Below are positions 18,570 to 29,517 of a stretch of 64,000 nucleotides of DNA, in pieces; within the stretch, counting starts at the first letter, position 1; the number at the start of each line of letters is the position of its first letter. The position numbers were made by a program, and so were the translations under genes. The DNA is from an uncultured Bacilli bacterium (GTDB lineage Bacteria > Bacillota_I > Bacilli_A > RF39 > UBA660). Below the pieces are notes generated by a model. That model saw only the letters and a list, made by a program, of their open reading frames with translations, searched no databases and was not told where the DNA came from. Where the stretch lies: assembly GCA_934162195.1 (NCBI GenBank), contig CAKPHO010000001.1, positions 81,281 to 145,280 on the forward strand, written 5' to 3'.

Positions 18570-19814
18570 ATGGATAATAATAGAAAAGTGGTAGAACTTC
18601 CTTTAGAAGATGTTTTACCTAATAGATTTCAACCAAGAATAAAATTTAGTGAAGAAGCAATTAATGAATTATCTGAATCAATAAAAGAGCATGGAGTAAT
18701 ACAACCAATTGTTGTAAGACCGGTTGGAGACAGGTATGAAATTATAGCTGGCGAGAGAAGATTTAAAGCAACAACTTTAGCTGGTATTCCTACAATACCT
18801 GCAATTATTATAAATTTAAACGATAAAGAAAGTGCTGAAGTAGCATTAATTGAAAATGTTCAACGCCAAGATTTAACACCAATAGAAGAAGCTATATCTT
18901 ATAAAAAAATTCTAGATATGGGATATTTAAATCAAGAAAATTTAGCAGAAAAAATTGGAAAAAGTCAATCTGCTATAGCAAATAAATTAAGATTATTAAA
19001 TCTAGATGAAGATGTTCAAGAGGCATTATTAAATGGAAAAATATCAGAAAGACATGCACGTTCTTTATTAAAATTATCAAATAAAGAAGATCAAGTAAAA
19101 TTATTAAATAAAATAATAACAGAAAGATTAACTGTTAGAAAAACAGATGAGGAAATAAATAAAATGTTGACTGGAATAAAAGAAGAAAAGAATATACAAA
19201 ATGATGTTGAGGTTTTAAATTTTGATGAACCAATTATTATCCCGGCGGATTCATCAGAAGAAGTACTATCAAATTTAAATATTCCGAGCAATCCTATTAT
19301 TGAACCATCAAAAGATTTACCACAATCAGACAAAGATTCAATAATAAATCCTTTTTTAAATATAGAATCAGAGAAAAAAGAAGAACTTCCTAGATTTAGT
19401 GATTTATTAAAACCAAATAACTCGGATAAAATTTCAGAACAAAAACAAAGTAATTTTTTTACTGCTCCTTTTGAACCTGAAAATACTACAAAAGATATAA
19501 ATCCAACCGATTATGAATTTAATAACACTTTAGTACCAAACGAGGAACCAAGCAACAAAGATTTTACCATATCTCCAAACTTTGGCATTCCTAAATTTGA
19601 TGATTCCATTTTTAATGCAGATTCAAAAAATAGTACAATAAGTAACCCTGTAGTATCTTCAAATTCTGAAGTAGAAACAAGAAATCTTAAGATGGTTATT
19701 GATACATTTAGAGAATGCGAAAAAACTATTGAAAAATATGGTTTTATAGTAGATACAGAAGAATTTGATTTAGAAGATATGTATCAAGTTGTATTTAAAG
19801 TTCATAAGAAGTAG
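18570..19814 (+). CDS. noc: ParB-family protein with a Noc-type recognition helix (nucleoid occlusion protein-like, atypical architecture)
   Basis: ParB N-domain motifs PNRFQPR and AGERRFKA. The HTH region GKSQSAIANKLRLLNL..ISERHARSL resembles Bsu Noc (GKGQSTIANKLRLLKL..ITERHARAL) rather than Spo0J (GKSRPHIANHLRLLTL..LSMGHGRTL). It sits right after rsmG, as noc does in Bacillus. Confidence 0.75.
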   Translation: MDNNRKVVELPLEDVLPNRFQPRIKFSEEAINELSESIKEHGVIQPIVVRPVGDRYEIIAGERRFKATTLAGIPTIPAIIINLNDKESAEVALIENVQRQDLTPIEEAISYKKILDMGYLNQENLAEKIGKSQSAIANKLRLLNLDEDVQEALLNGKISERHARSLLKLSNKEDQVKLLNKIITERLTVRKTDEEINKMLTGIKEEKNIQNDVEVLNFDEPIIIPADSSEEVLSNLNIPSNPIIEPSKDLPQSDKDSIINPFLNIESEKKEELPRFSDLLKPNNSDKISEQKQSNFFTAPFEPENTTKDINPTDYEFNNTLVPNEEPSNKDFTISPNFGIPKFDDSIFNADSKNSTISNPVVSSNSEVETRNLKMVIDTFRECEKTIEKYGFIVDTEEFDLEDMYQVVFKVHKK

Positions 19815-19830
19815 AAATACTTCTTTTTTT
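19808..19830 (+). terminator. Intrinsic terminator after noc
   Basis: GAAGTA-GAAA-TACTTC followed by T7. It overlaps the stop codon. Confidence 0.75.
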
Positions 19831-19897
19831 CCAAAAATTATTTGCATTTGCGATAAAAATATCGTATACTTAATTAGTTCATTTGAAGGAGGTATAT

Positions 19898-21316
19898 ATG
19901 AAAAAAACAAAAATAGTAACTAGCATTGGCCCTGCTTCTAGCAATTTTGAAACATTTAAAGAAATGGTTTTAGCAGGAGCAAACATCGCAAGAATAAACT
20001 TTTCACATGCAACAATCGAAGAAAGAGAACAAGTGGTAAAAGTAGTTAAAGAGGTAAGAAAATCTTTAAATAAAGACGTTGCTATATTATATGATACAAA
20101 AGGTCCAGAATTTAGAAGTGGAGAAGTGATTGAAACAGGAATAAATTTAATTCCAGGCAATACAATCCGTGTTGTTAAAGATAATATTATTGGTAATCAA
20201 GATGCATTTTCTGTTAACCACCCAGATGCTTTAGATTCTATAGATATAGGAAATATAATTCTTTTAGAAAATGGATTAATGAAAATACAAGTAATAGATA
20301 AAAATGTAGATGGATTGACATGTAAAATTATTAATGGAGGAATTTTATATTCTAAAAAAAGTCTATCTGTTCCTGGCGTTAAATTAAACATGCCTTTTAT
20401 TTCCCAGACAGATTATGATGATATTGTTTATGCCTGTCATCATGATGGTAACTTTTTAGCTTTATCATTTGTATCAGAAGCAAGTGAGGTAGAAGAAGTA
20501 AGAAAAATATTAGAAAATGAAGGTAGAAAAGATATTAAAATTATATCTAAAATAGAAAGTAAAACAGGATTAGATAATTTGGAAGGTATAGCAGAAGTTT
20601 CTGATGGAATAATGGTTGCACGTGGAGATTTAGGTGTAGAAGTATCAATGTATGAATTACCAATATACCAAAAGAACATAGCAAGTACTTGTCGCGATCA
20701 TAATATAATCTGTATCGTTGCAACAGAAATGTTAGAAAGTATGAAACATAATCCACGTCCAACTAGGGCTGAAGTTACTGATATAGCTAATGCGGTATAT
20801 AATGGCACAGATGCTGTGATGTTATCTGGAGAAACTACAACTGGAAAATACCCAGTAGAAGCAGTAAAATGTATGGCTGAGGTTTGTGAACATATTGAAA
20901 AATCAATAATTTATAAGAATATATTTGCAAAATCAACATCTGCAACACCTACTGATGCTGTAGTTAAAGGTATAGTAGAAGCAGCAAATAGTATTAGTGC
21001 TAAATTAATAGTAGTACCAACTTTTTCAGGATTATCTGCTAAATTAATATCTAATTTAGAACCGGACGCTCCTATATTAGCTCTTGTTTCAAGTAAAGAA
21101 ATAGCATATACTCTTCAAGCTAATTATGGCGTATATACTAAGGTTGTTGGATATTATGATACAATGGATGAAATGTTTTCTAAAGCTGTAGAAGAATCAA
21201 AACAATTTATAAATTTAAATCCAGGAGATAATATTATCATCACCGGTGGATTTAAAGCAAATAATCCAAATAGTGATTCAGTGCCAACAAATTTAATGAA
21301 AATAGAAACAATTTAA
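19898..21316 (+). CDS. pyk: Pyruvate kinase
   Basis: MKKTKIVTSIGPAS.. and MVARGDLGVE motifs. The start is at ATG 19898 behind a GGAGG RBS. Confidence 0.93.
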   Translation: MKKTKIVTSIGPASSNFETFKEMVLAGANIARINFSHATIEEREQVVKVVKEVRKSLNKDVAILYDTKGPEFRSGEVIETGINLIPGNTIRVVKDNIIGNQDAFSVNHPDALDSIDIGNIILLENGLMKIQVIDKNVDGLTCKIINGGILYSKKSLSVPGVKLNMPFISQTDYDDIVYACHHDGNFLALSFVSEASEVEEVRKILENEGRKDIKIISKIESKTGLDNLEGIAEVSDGIMVARGDLGVEVSMYELPIYQKNIASTCRDHNIICIVATEMLESMKHNPRPTRAEVTDIANAVYNGTDAVMLSGETTTGKYPVEAVKCMAEVCEHIEKSIIYKNIFAKSTSATPTDAVVKGIVEAANSISAKLIVVPTFSGLSAKLISNLEPDAPILALVSSKEIAYTLQANYGVYTKVVGYYDTMDEMFSKAVEESKQFINLNPGDNIIITGGFKANNPNSDSVPTNLMKIETI

Positions 21317-21318
21317 AG

Positions 21319-21341
21319 GAAACGCTACTGTTTCTTTTTTT
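21319..21341 (+). terminator. Probable intrinsic terminator after pyk
   Basis: GAAAC-GCTACT-GTTTC followed by T7. The stem is short. Confidence 0.5.
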
Positions 21342-21608
21342 ATTAATAATTCAAAAGAAAATTGAAGTTATACTTGAAATTTGTTGTCAACTTTTAAAAT
21401 ATATGTTATAAATATTTTGATAGAAAAAAACACCATTTTGAATATTGAATTGATATTAATATTAAAGAATAAATTATCAATATATTGTAAAAATGACACG
21501 TAATAATATTATTGTAAGAGAGAATTATAATAAAAAATGGATTATATAAAATAATAAACAAAAAATTTAAAGTAAATATAAACTGAATGAAATAACAGAG
21601 GTGATAAT

Positions 21609-23561
21609 ATGTTTGATTTAGTAAGTAAATATAGTCCTAGTGGTGATCAACCGAAGGCTATAAAAGAACTAGTAACTGGAATAAATGAAGGTAAAAAAAG
21701 TCAGGTTTTATTAGGAGCAACAGGAACTGGTAAAACATTTACTATAGCAAATGTAATAAAAGAAGTTAACAAACCAACTTTAGTTTTAGCGCATAATAAA
21801 ACTTTAGCAGGACAACTATATGCGGAATTTAAAGAATTATTTCCTAATAATCATGTTGAGTTTTTTGTTTCTTATTATGATTATTATCAACCAGAAGCAT
21901 ATGTTGCTAAAACAGATACATATATTGAAAAAGATGCTTCAATTAATGATGAAATAGATGAACTTAGACATGCAACTACAGCTGCCTTGTTAAATAATAG
22001 AGATGTTATCGTAGTTGCGTCTGTATCTTGTATTTATGGAATAGGTGAAATTGAAGAATATAGAAATAAAACATTAACATTAACTGTAGGTCAAGAAGTA
22101 AATCGCGATGAGGTACTAGAAAAGTTAGTAGAAATGCTATATGAAAGAAATAATTTAGATTTAAAAAGAGGAAGTTTTAGAGTTAGAGGCGATATTTTAG
22201 AAATAGTTCCTATAGGACAACACGGTAGAGCAATAAGAGTAGATTTTTTTGGAGATGAAGTAGAGAAAATTTCTGAATTTGACACCTTAACAGGGGCAGT
22301 TATTAAAAGTAAAAAAAATTGTACTTTATTTCCTGCTAGTCACTTTGTCACAAGCGAAAAAAAATTAGTTAAAGCTCTTGAAAACATAAAAAAAGAATTA
22401 AATGATAGACTTGATTATTTTTTAAAAAATAACAAATTATTAGAGTATCAACGTTTAAAAGAAAGAACTAACTATGATATAGAAATGTTAGGAGAAACAG
22501 GATTTTGCCGTGGTGTAGAAAATTATTCTAGACATCTTGCTTTAAAAGAAGCAGGATCAACCCCGGTAACATTAATGGACTTCTTTGGTGATGATTATCT
22601 TCTCATTGTAGATGAATCCCACGTCACAATCCCGCAAATTAGAGGAATGTATAATGGCGATAGAGCAAGAAAACAAGTTTTAGTTGATTATGGATTTAGA
22701 TTACCAAGTGCACTAGATAATAGGCCTTTAAAATTTGACGAATTTGAAAAAAAATTAGATCAAGCTATTTATATTTCTGCAACCCCAGGAGAATATGAAT
22801 TAGAAAAAGTTGATAATAAGGTAGTAGAACAAATCATTCGTCCAACAGGATTATTAGACCCAGAAATAGAGGTAAAACCGACAAAAAATCAAATAGATGA
22901 TTTAGTGGAACAAATACACAAAGAAAGAAACCAAGGTTTTAGAGTTTTAATCACCACACTAACGATAAGAATGGCTGAAGAATTAACAAATTATTTAAAA
23001 AGCCTAGATATAAAAGTGGCTTATCTACATAGTGAAATTAAAACATTAGAGAGATTGCAAATAATTCATGATTTGAGATGTGGTAAATATGATGTTTTAG
23101 TTGGTATTAACTTGCTTAGAGAAGGACTAGATATTCCAGAGGTAAGTTTAGTGGCAATAATGGATGCTGATAAGCAAGGTTTTTTACGTAGTGATCGAAG
23201 TCTAATTCAAACAATTGGACGTGCAGCTCGTAATGCTAATGGTCGTGTAATCATGTATGCTGATGAGATTAGTGATTCTATGAAGATAGCAATCAAAGAG
23301 ACCGAAAGAAGACGAACAATTCAAGAAAAATATAATAAAGAACACAATATTGTTCCAACTACAATAAATAAAGAAATAAGAGATGTAATTAGTAATATAG
23401 CAGAGACAAAACCAGAAAAAAATAAAAAGTTGAGCTCTAAAGAAAAAATGAATTTAATGAATGAACTAGAATCTCAAATGAGAGAAGCTGCTGCAAATCT
23501 GGATTTTGAAAAGGCTATGGAATTAAGGGATATACTTTTTGAATTACAAAGTAATAAATAA
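21609..23561 (+). CDS. uvrB: Excinuclease ABC subunit B
   Basis: Walker [17 protein letters not shown], the beta-hairpin region [10 protein letters not shown] and a C-terminal UVR motif (..FEKAMELRD..). Confidence 0.97.
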   Translation: MFDLVSKYSPSGDQPKAIKELVTGINEGKKSQVLLGATGTGKTFTIANVIKEVNKPTLVLAHNKTLAGQLYAEFKELFPNNHVEFFVSYYDYYQPEAYVAKTDTYIEKDASINDEIDELRHATTAALLNNRDVIVVASVSCIYGIGEIEEYRNKTLTLTVGQEVNRDEVLEKLVEMLYERNNLDLKRGSFRVRGDILEIVPIGQHGRAIRVDFFGDEVEKISEFDTLTGAVIKSKKNCTLFPASHFVTSEKKLVKALENIKKELNDRLDYFLKNNKLLEYQRLKERTNYDIEMLGETGFCRGVENYSRHLALKEAGSTPVTLMDFFGDDYLLIVDESHVTIPQIRGMYNGDRARKQVLVDYGFRLPSALDNRPLKFDEFEKKLDQAIYISATPGEYELEKVDNKVVEQIIRPTGLLDPEIEVKPTKNQIDDLVEQIHKERNQGFRVLITTLTIRMAEELTNYLKSLDIKVAYLHSEIKTLERLQIIHDLRCGKYDVLVGINLLREGLDIPEVSLVAIMDADKQGFLRSDRSLIQTIGRAARNANGRVIMYADEISDSMKIAIKETERRRTIQEKYNKEHNIVPTTINKEIRDVISNIAETKPEKNKKLSSKEKMNLMNELESQMREAAANLDFEKAMELRDILFELQSNK

Positions 23562-23614
23562 AACAAATAATTTATATTTATTAATATACGTGGTATAATG
23601 ATAGTGGTGATAGA

Positions 23615-24037
23615 ATGAAAATAACAGTTATAGAAGAAGATAGTAAAAATAAAAAACGTAATTATTTTATAGATTGGTTAGCTCATATGATTGGGTACGC
23701 TATTGTACTTATAATTGCATCGATAATATTTCCCAAAACTGTTCAAATAGATAATTCTATGTTTGGGTTATGGGCTCTTTTAGCTGCCATAATAACATCC
23801 TTGTTAAATGAAACGGTAAAACCTTTATTAGTATTATTAACATTACCAATAACAAGTGTAACGTTAGGGTTATTTTATCCATTTGTAAATGTTTTAATTC
23901 TTAATATAGTTTCATTTATATTAGGATCACATTTCAACATGGGTGGATTACTTATGAGTTTTATAGTAGCCATATTTATATCAATTATGAATATTTTTAT
24001 AGACTCAGTAGTAGAAAATATACTTAGAAAGAGGTAA
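23615..24037 (+). CDS. Phage-holin-4-family (DUF360/YvlD-like) membrane protein
   Basis: 140 aa with four predicted TM segments and ..LLNETVKPLLVLLTLPITSVTLGLF.. typical of the family. Confidence 0.7.
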   Translation: MKITVIEEDSKNKKRNYFIDWLAHMIGYAIVLIIASIIFPKTVQIDNSMFGLWALLAAIITSLLNETVKPLLVLLTLPITSVTLGLFYPFVNVLILNIVSFILGSHFNMGGLLMSFIVAIFISIMNIFIDSVVENILRKR

Positions 24038-24040
24038 TTT

Positions 24041-24856
24041 ATGAATCCAATATTGTTAGATTTAGGAATTATAAAAATTTATTGGTACTCAGTAATGATT
24101 TTTTTAGGATTACTAATAGGAGGATATCTAATACTAAATGAGTCAAAAAGATTTGGTATATCTGAAGATTTTATTATTAATTTATTTTTCTTTGCTGTAC
24201 CAATATCAATACTAGGTGCACGTCTTTATTATGTAGCATTTAACTGGGCATATTACTCAACACATCTATCAGAAATAGTTATGATTTGGGAAGGCGGTTT
24301 AGCAATTCATGGTGGAATGCTATTTGGTTTATTATGGATAATTTTTTATACTAAAAAATATAAAGTAAATACTTATCGAGTTTTAGATATGATAGTAGTG
24401 GGTGTAATAATAGGTCAAGCAATTGGCAGATGGGGAAATTTCTTTAACGGAGAAGCTCATGGTGGAATTACAACATTAGAACACTTACAGCAACTACATT
24501 TACCAGAATTTATTATTAATGGTATGTATATTGAAGGAAACTATTATTTACCAACATTCTTCTATGAATCAATATGGTGTTTTGTAGGATTTATAATTTT
24601 GCTAATAATAAGAAGAATAAAATATATTAAAATAGGCCAACCAACTGCAATATATTTGATATGGTATGGAATAGGGAGATTTATAATTGAAGGAATGAGA
24701 ACAGATAGTTTGATGTTAGGTAGTTTAAGACAGGCTCAAATTGTTTCGGTTATTATGGTTTTAATAGGAATTATAATCTTTATTGTAAAAGGAAAAGGGT
24801 CAAAGTTAGAAAATCAATATAACAAAACAGGTGATATAAATGAAATTAGATTTTGA
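24041..24856 (+). CDS. lgt: Prolipoprotein diacylglyceryl transferase
   Basis: 271 aa polytopic protein with the Lgt signature GRWGNFFNGEAHG. Confidence 0.93.
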   Translation: MNPILLDLGIIKIYWYSVMIFLGLLIGGYLILNESKRFGISEDFIINLFFFAVPISILGARLYYVAFNWAYYSTHLSEIVMIWEGGLAIHGGMLFGLLWIIFYTKKYKVNTYRVLDMIVVGVIIGQAIGRWGNFFNGEAHGGITTLEHLQQLHLPEFIINGMYIEGNYYLPTFFYESIWCFVGFIILLIIRRIKYIKIGQPTAIYLIWYGIGRFIIEGMRTDSLMLGSLRQAQIVSVIMVLIGIIIFIVKGKGSKLENQYNKTGDINEIRF

Positions 24857-25751
24857 TTGTATAATTATAGGAGCTGGAGTAGCAGGAATGACTTCAGCGC
24901 TTTATTTAAAAAGAGCAGGAATAGATGTTGCTATAATAGAAAAAAATTATGTTGGTGGACAAATTAATAAAACTAATACAATTGAAAATTATCCCGGCTT
25001 TCAAAAAATAGATGGGCCAACATTTTCTTTAACAATTGAAAATCAGTTAAAAAATTTAGATGTTCCAATTATCTATAGAAATGTATTAGATATTAATGAA
25101 AATTATGAAATAAAAGAAATAATAACAAATAAAGAAAAGTATAAAGCTAAAGCTATAGTAGTAGCGACCGGAAAAATAGAAAGAAAATTAGGTATTTCTC
25201 TTGAAAATGAATTAACGGGACATGGAATAAGCTATTGCGCTACTTGTGATGGTAATTTTTATAAAAATAGAGATGTTGCTATTGTTGGTGCTGGAAATAC
25301 AGCTATGGAAGAAGCGTTATATCTTAGTAATATTTGTTCCAAAGTTTACTTAATTAATAGAACTAACCTTTTTCCTAAAGCAGATAATATATTATTAGAA
25401 AAAGTAAAAAATAAAGAAAATATTACTATTATTACTGATAGTGTTGTTACTACACTATTAGAAAAAAATCAAACATTATCAGGAATAGTTCTAAATGATA
25501 ATAAAAAAATAGATGTGGATGGTTTGTTTGTTGCTATTGGAAGCATTCCAGATATTAGCTTTTTAAAAAATCTAAATTTAGAGACAGAAAATGGATATAT
25601 TATTGTTAATAATCATATGGAAACAAATATAAAAGGAATCTTTGCTTGTGGTGATATAATAAAAAAAGACTTATATCAAATTATAACGGCAGCAAGTGAT
25701 GGAGCAATAGCTGCTAATTCAGTAAGAAAATACTTATTAGAAAGAAGATAA
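24840..25751 (+). CDS. trxB: Thioredoxin-disulfide reductase
   Basis: IIGAGVAGMT FAD motif, redox-active CATCDG and a second GxGxxA motif (VGAGNTAMEEA). Confidence 0.9.
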   Translation: MKLDFDCIIIGAGVAGMTSALYLKRAGIDVAIIEKNYVGGQINKTNTIENYPGFQKIDGPTFSLTIENQLKNLDVPIIYRNVLDINENYEIKEIITNKEKYKAKAIVVATGKIERKLGISLENELTGHGISYCATCDGNFYKNRDVAIVGAGNTAMEEALYLSNICSKVYLINRTNLFPKADNILLEKVKNKENITIITDSVVTTLLEKNQTLSGIVLNDNKKIDVDGLFVAIGSIPDISFLKNLNLETENGYIIVNNHMETNIKGIFACGDIIKKDLYQIITAASDGAIAANSVRKYLLERR

Positions 25752-25752
25752 C

Positions 25753-26700
25753 ATGAAAAAGAAAGTTGTTATACTAGGTGGTGGAACGGGAATGTCTTCA
25801 CTTCTTAGGGGGTTAAAAGAATTTCCGCTCGATATAACCGCAATTGTTTCAGTTTGTGATGATGGTAAGAGTACAGGAAAAATAAGAAAAGAATTTAATA
25901 CTCCGGCACTTGGAGATATAAGAAAAGTTTTGGCATCACTTTCTGAAACAGAATCATTATTTGAAAAAATGTTAAACTATCGTTTTAAAACGAATGGGTC
26001 ATTTAATGGTCACACTGTAGGGAATCTTTTATTAGTTGCTATGAGTGAAATAACTGGCTCTGTATCTAACGGAATTGAATCTTTGAGTAACATATTAAAT
26101 TTAAAGGGTAAAGTTTTACCACTTACTGAAGAAAGTAATAATACTTTAGTTGCTAGAATGTCAGATGGTAAAATAGTTGAAGGAGAACATAAAATAACTG
26201 AATATCCAAGTCCAATTGAAGAAGTTTGGTTTAAAGATAAAACAGAAGTAAATAAAGAAACATTAGTGGCTATAGAAAAAGCAGATTTAATAATTTTAAG
26301 CATGGGAAGCTTATATACTAGTGTGATTCCTAATTTATTATGTAAGGAAATTAAAGATGCCATAGATGGTAGTAATGCTAAAGTTTTATACGTATGTAAT
26401 ATGATGACTCAACCAGGCGAAACAGATAGATATACGGTTAGTGATCATATTAAAGCATTAAATAAATACTTAGGAAATAAAAAAATTAGTGTTGTTGTTG
26501 CAAATAATGGGTATATTAGCAAAACACTAGCACGACGTTATTACACCCTTGAACAAAAAGATCCTGTAAAAATAGATCGTGATGAAATAAAAAAATTAAA
26601 AGTAAAAATAATCGACGATAATTTTGTAAGCATCGAAGGTGGCTTTTTACGTCATGATGCGATTAAAGTATCAAGTCAAATTTTTTCATATTTATTATAA
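25753..26700 (+). CDS. yvcK: YvcK-family gluconeogenesis/cell-shape factor (CofD-like)
   Basis: GGGTGMSSLLRGLK N-terminus. It lies upstream of whiA as in Bacillus. Confidence 0.88.
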   Translation: MKKKVVILGGGTGMSSLLRGLKEFPLDITAIVSVCDDGKSTGKIRKEFNTPALGDIRKVLASLSETESLFEKMLNYRFKTNGSFNGHTVGNLLLVAMSEITGSVSNGIESLSNILNLKGKVLPLTEESNNTLVARMSDGKIVEGEHKITEYPSPIEEVWFKDKTEVNKETLVAIEKADLIILSMGSLYTSVIPNLLCKEIKDAIDGSNAKVLYVCNMMTQPGETDRYTVSDHIKALNKYLGNKKISVVVANNGYISKTLARRYYTLEQKDPVKIDRDEIKKLKVKIIDDNFVSIEGGFLRHDAIKVSSQIFSYLL

Positions 26701-26713
26701 AGGAGGTTAACAT

Positions 26714-27643
26714 ATGTCTTTTACACAAGAAGTGAAGCAAGAAATAATAGGATTAGAAGTACTTGGAACAGAAAAGATATCTGAACTATCTGCAATTATT
26801 CATAATTCCATTATAACAGATAATTGTATAAGAATTATTTCTGAAAACAATTCTGTTATTAGATATATTTTTTCTTTAGTAAAAGATATATATCAAGTTA
26901 CTCCAAAAATTATAGTTAGACGGGGCTATAATTATAAAAAAAATTACATATACATACTCGAAATATATAATAAATTTGATGATATATTATCAGATTTAGG
27001 TATAGAAAAAAACAATAAAATATTATCTATTCCTGCAGATTATATTATAGATGATGATTCATTATTAAGAAAGTATCTTACGGGGGTATTTTTAATAACA
27101 GGGAGTATAAATGATCCTAAAAAATCAAGGTATCACTTAGAATTTTTAGTAAATAATGAAAAATATTCAGAATTTTTAAAAAACTTGTTAAACAAATTTA
27201 ATTTAAACAGTAAAATTATAAAAAGAGAAACAAAATATATGGTTTATATAAAAGAGGCTGAAAAAATAGGCGATTTTTTAAGAATTATAAATGCTACTAA
27301 AAGTCTACTTTATTATGAAGATATAAGAATATATCGAGATCATAAGAATATGACAAATAGATTAAATAATTGTGAGCAAGCTAATGTCGATAAAATAATT
27401 AGTGTTGCAAATAGTCAAATAAATGATATAAAAACAATAGTAGATATAGGAAGTTTAGATTTACTTGACGAAAAAGAACAAATAGTAGCTAAGTATCGTT
27501 TAAAATATCCTGATGCATCACTACTTGAATTAAGTGAGATTATATCTTTAGAAACCGGCAAACCACTTACAAAATCAGGTGTAAATCATAGAATGAAAAA
27601 AATAAAATTATTAGCTGAGAAAATAAGGAAGAACGAAAAGTAG
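26714..27643 (+). CDS. whiA: DNA-binding protein WhiA
   Basis: 309 aa. Synteny after yvcK and a C-terminal HTH (..LTKSGVNHRMKKI..). Confidence 0.85.
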   Translation: MSFTQEVKQEIIGLEVLGTEKISELSAIIHNSIITDNCIRIISENNSVIRYIFSLVKDIYQVTPKIIVRRGYNYKKNYIYILEIYNKFDDILSDLGIEKNNKILSIPADYIIDDDSLLRKYLTGVFLITGSINDPKKSRYHLEFLVNNEKYSEFLKNLLNKFNLNSKIIKRETKYMVYIKEAEKIGDFLRIINATKSLLYYEDIRIYRDHKNMTNRLNNCEQANVDKIISVANSQINDIKTIVDIGSLDLLDEKEQIVAKYRLKYPDASLLELSEIISLETGKPLTKSGVNHRMKKIKLLAEKIRKNEK

Positions 27644-27715
27644 CGTTCTTTTATTATTTTTAAGGACAATTTACTTATTTTATAGTATAATAAATGTGAT
27701 TAAGAGGAGGTATAT

Positions 27716-28156
27716 ATGAAAGTTATATTTCTTAAAGATGTAAAAAAACAAGGTAAAAAGGGTGAAATAAAGGATGTTGCAGACGGATATGGTAAAAATT
27801 TCTTAATAAAAAATGGGTATGCAGTATTAGCAACAGAGACAGGTGTTAAAAGATTAAACGCTGAAAATGAAGAAAAACGATTAGAGGAAAAGTTAAACAT
27901 TAAAAATTGTGAAGACTTAAAGAAAACTTTAGAAAAAGCAAAATTTAGATTTAAGGTAAAAACCGGGGCTGGTGATCGTGTATTTGGTAGTGTAAGTACA
28001 AAATCAATTGCTGAAGAATTAAAAAAGCAAGGATTTGATATAGATAAGAAAAAAATAAAATTGGATAATCCTTTAACTTCTCTAGGTTTCCATAATGTAA
28101 AAATAGAGTTACATAAAGAAGTAGTAGCGCAAATAAAAGTAGAATTAACGAAGTAG
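27716..28156 (+). CDS. rplI: 50S ribosomal protein L9
   Basis: [30 protein letters not shown].. is a typical L9 N-terminus. It lies upstream of dnaB. Confidence 0.93.
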   Translation: MKVIFLKDVKKQGKKGEIKDVADGYGKNFLIKNGYAVLATETGVKRLNAENEEKRLEEKLNIKNCEDLKKTLEKAKFRFKVKTGAGDRVFGSVSTKSIAEELKKQGFDIDKKKIKLDNPLTSLGFHNVKIELHKEVVAQIKVELTK

Positions 28157-28164
28157 GTGATATT

Positions 28165-29517
28165 ATGCAAGAAAGAAATATGCCACATAATTTAGAGGCA
28201 GAACAATCTGTTTTAGGATCAATGTTCTTGTCAAAATATGCATTACAAAAGGCATTGGAGTCTTTAACTAAAGAATCATTTTATTCTGATAGTAATGCTA
28301 AAATATTTGAAGTTATTGATTTTCTATCAGAAAAAGGTACAAGTATAGATTTAACAACTGTAACAGCTGAGTTAGATAATAGAAAATGGTTGAAACAAGT
28401 AGGAGACATAGAATATGTAACTGAAATAGTAAATATCGTACCAAGCGCAGCTAACATTGATGAATATATAAGAATTGTTGAGGAAAAGGCTGTTTTAAGG
28501 CGATTAATTAATGAAGCTACTGATATTGTAAGTAGCGGATATAATCAAGCAGAAGATGTTAATGATATTCTTGATAACGCTGAGAAAAAAATACTTAATG
28601 TCGTAAAGACACGAAAAGGAACTGAGTTTAGAAGTATTCAAGATGTATTATTTAAAACACAAGCTGATTTGGAAAAATTGGCTCAAACAAAGAATGAAAT
28701 TACTGGATTAGTAACAGGATTTTATGATTTAGATAAAATAACTTCTGGATTGCATGGAAATGAATTAATCATTATAGCTGCACGTCCCGCCATGGGAAAA
28801 ACAGCTTTTGCTGTTAATTTAGCAACTAATATAGCTATTCAAAATAAGAAACCAGTAGCCCTTTTTAACATGGAAATGGGTGCAGAACAACTAGCAATGC
28901 GTATGCTTTCTTCTGCTGGTCAAATAGATGGTTATAAATTAAAAAATGGAAGACTTGAACACGATGATTGGAAAAGAGTTAATGAAGCCATAAGCCGTCT
29001 TGCAGAAACAAAGATATTTATTGATGATACTCCTGGCATGACAATAGGCGAAATAAGAGCTAAATGTCGCCGTTTAGCAAGCTCTGAAGGTGGATTAGGG
29101 GTAGTGATTATTGACTACTTACAATTAATCACAGGATCCGCAAAATATGCAGGAAATAGGCAACAGGAAGTATCTGAAATATCTCGTTCTTTAAAGACAC
29201 TAGCTATGGAATTAGAGATACCAGTAGTGGCTTTAGCACAATTATCTCGTACTGTTGAAGGAAGAGAAGATAAACGACCTTTATTAAGTGATTTAAGAGA
29301 GTCTGGATCAATAGAGCAAGATGCAGATATAGTCGCATTCTTGTATCGTGATGATTACTATACAAAAGAAGTATCAATTGATGAAAATACAAGTAAAAGC
29401 GAATTTATTATAGCTAAGCATCGTAATGGCCCAACTGCCACAATAGATTTAATTTTCAAACGTAATACAAGTACATTTGTAAGTATGTTAAAAAGTGAAA
29501 AAAAACATGAAGATTAG
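28165..29517 (+). CDS. dnaB: Replicative DNA helicase (DnaB; DnaC in B. subtilis nomenclature)
   Basis: PHNLEAEQSVLGS N-terminus, Walker A ARPAMGKTAF and IIDYLQLI. Confidence 0.96.
   Translation: MQERNMPHNLEAEQSVLGSMFLSKYALQKALESLTKESFYSDSNAKIFEVIDFLSEKGTSIDLTTVTAELDNRKWLKQVGDIEYVTEIVNIVPSAANIDEYIRIVEEKAVLRRLINEATDIVSSGYNQAEDVNDILDNAEKKILNVVKTRKGTEFRSIQDVLFKTQADLEKLAQTKNEITGLVTGFYDLDKITSGLHGNELIIIAARPAMGKTAFAVNLATNIAIQNKKPVALFNMEMGAEQLAMRMLSSAGQIDGYKLKNGRLEHDDWKRVNEAISRLAETKIFIDDTPGMTIGEIRAKCRRLASSEGGLGVVIIDYLQLITGSAKYAGNRQQEVSEISRSLKTLAMELEIPVVALAQLSRTVEGREDKRPLLSDLRESGSIEQDADIVAFLYRDDYYTKEVSIDENTSKSEFIIAKHRNGPTATIDLIFKRNTSTFVSMLKSEKKHED

Noticed and set aside
20614-20629. parS-like GGTTGCACGTGGAGAT inside pyk
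   Set aside because: It has four mismatches to the specified parS positions. The CACGTG core is explained by the conserved pyruvate kinase codons for ARGDLG.
21342-21608. A possible LexA (Cheo) box or regulatory RNA in the 292-bp uvrB leader
   Set aside because: I found no GAAC-N4-GTTC element. The only symmetry is a 7-bp AT-only inverted repeat (ATTGATA/TATCAAT), which is not significant in DNA this AT-rich. The 17-codon ORF there has no RBS.
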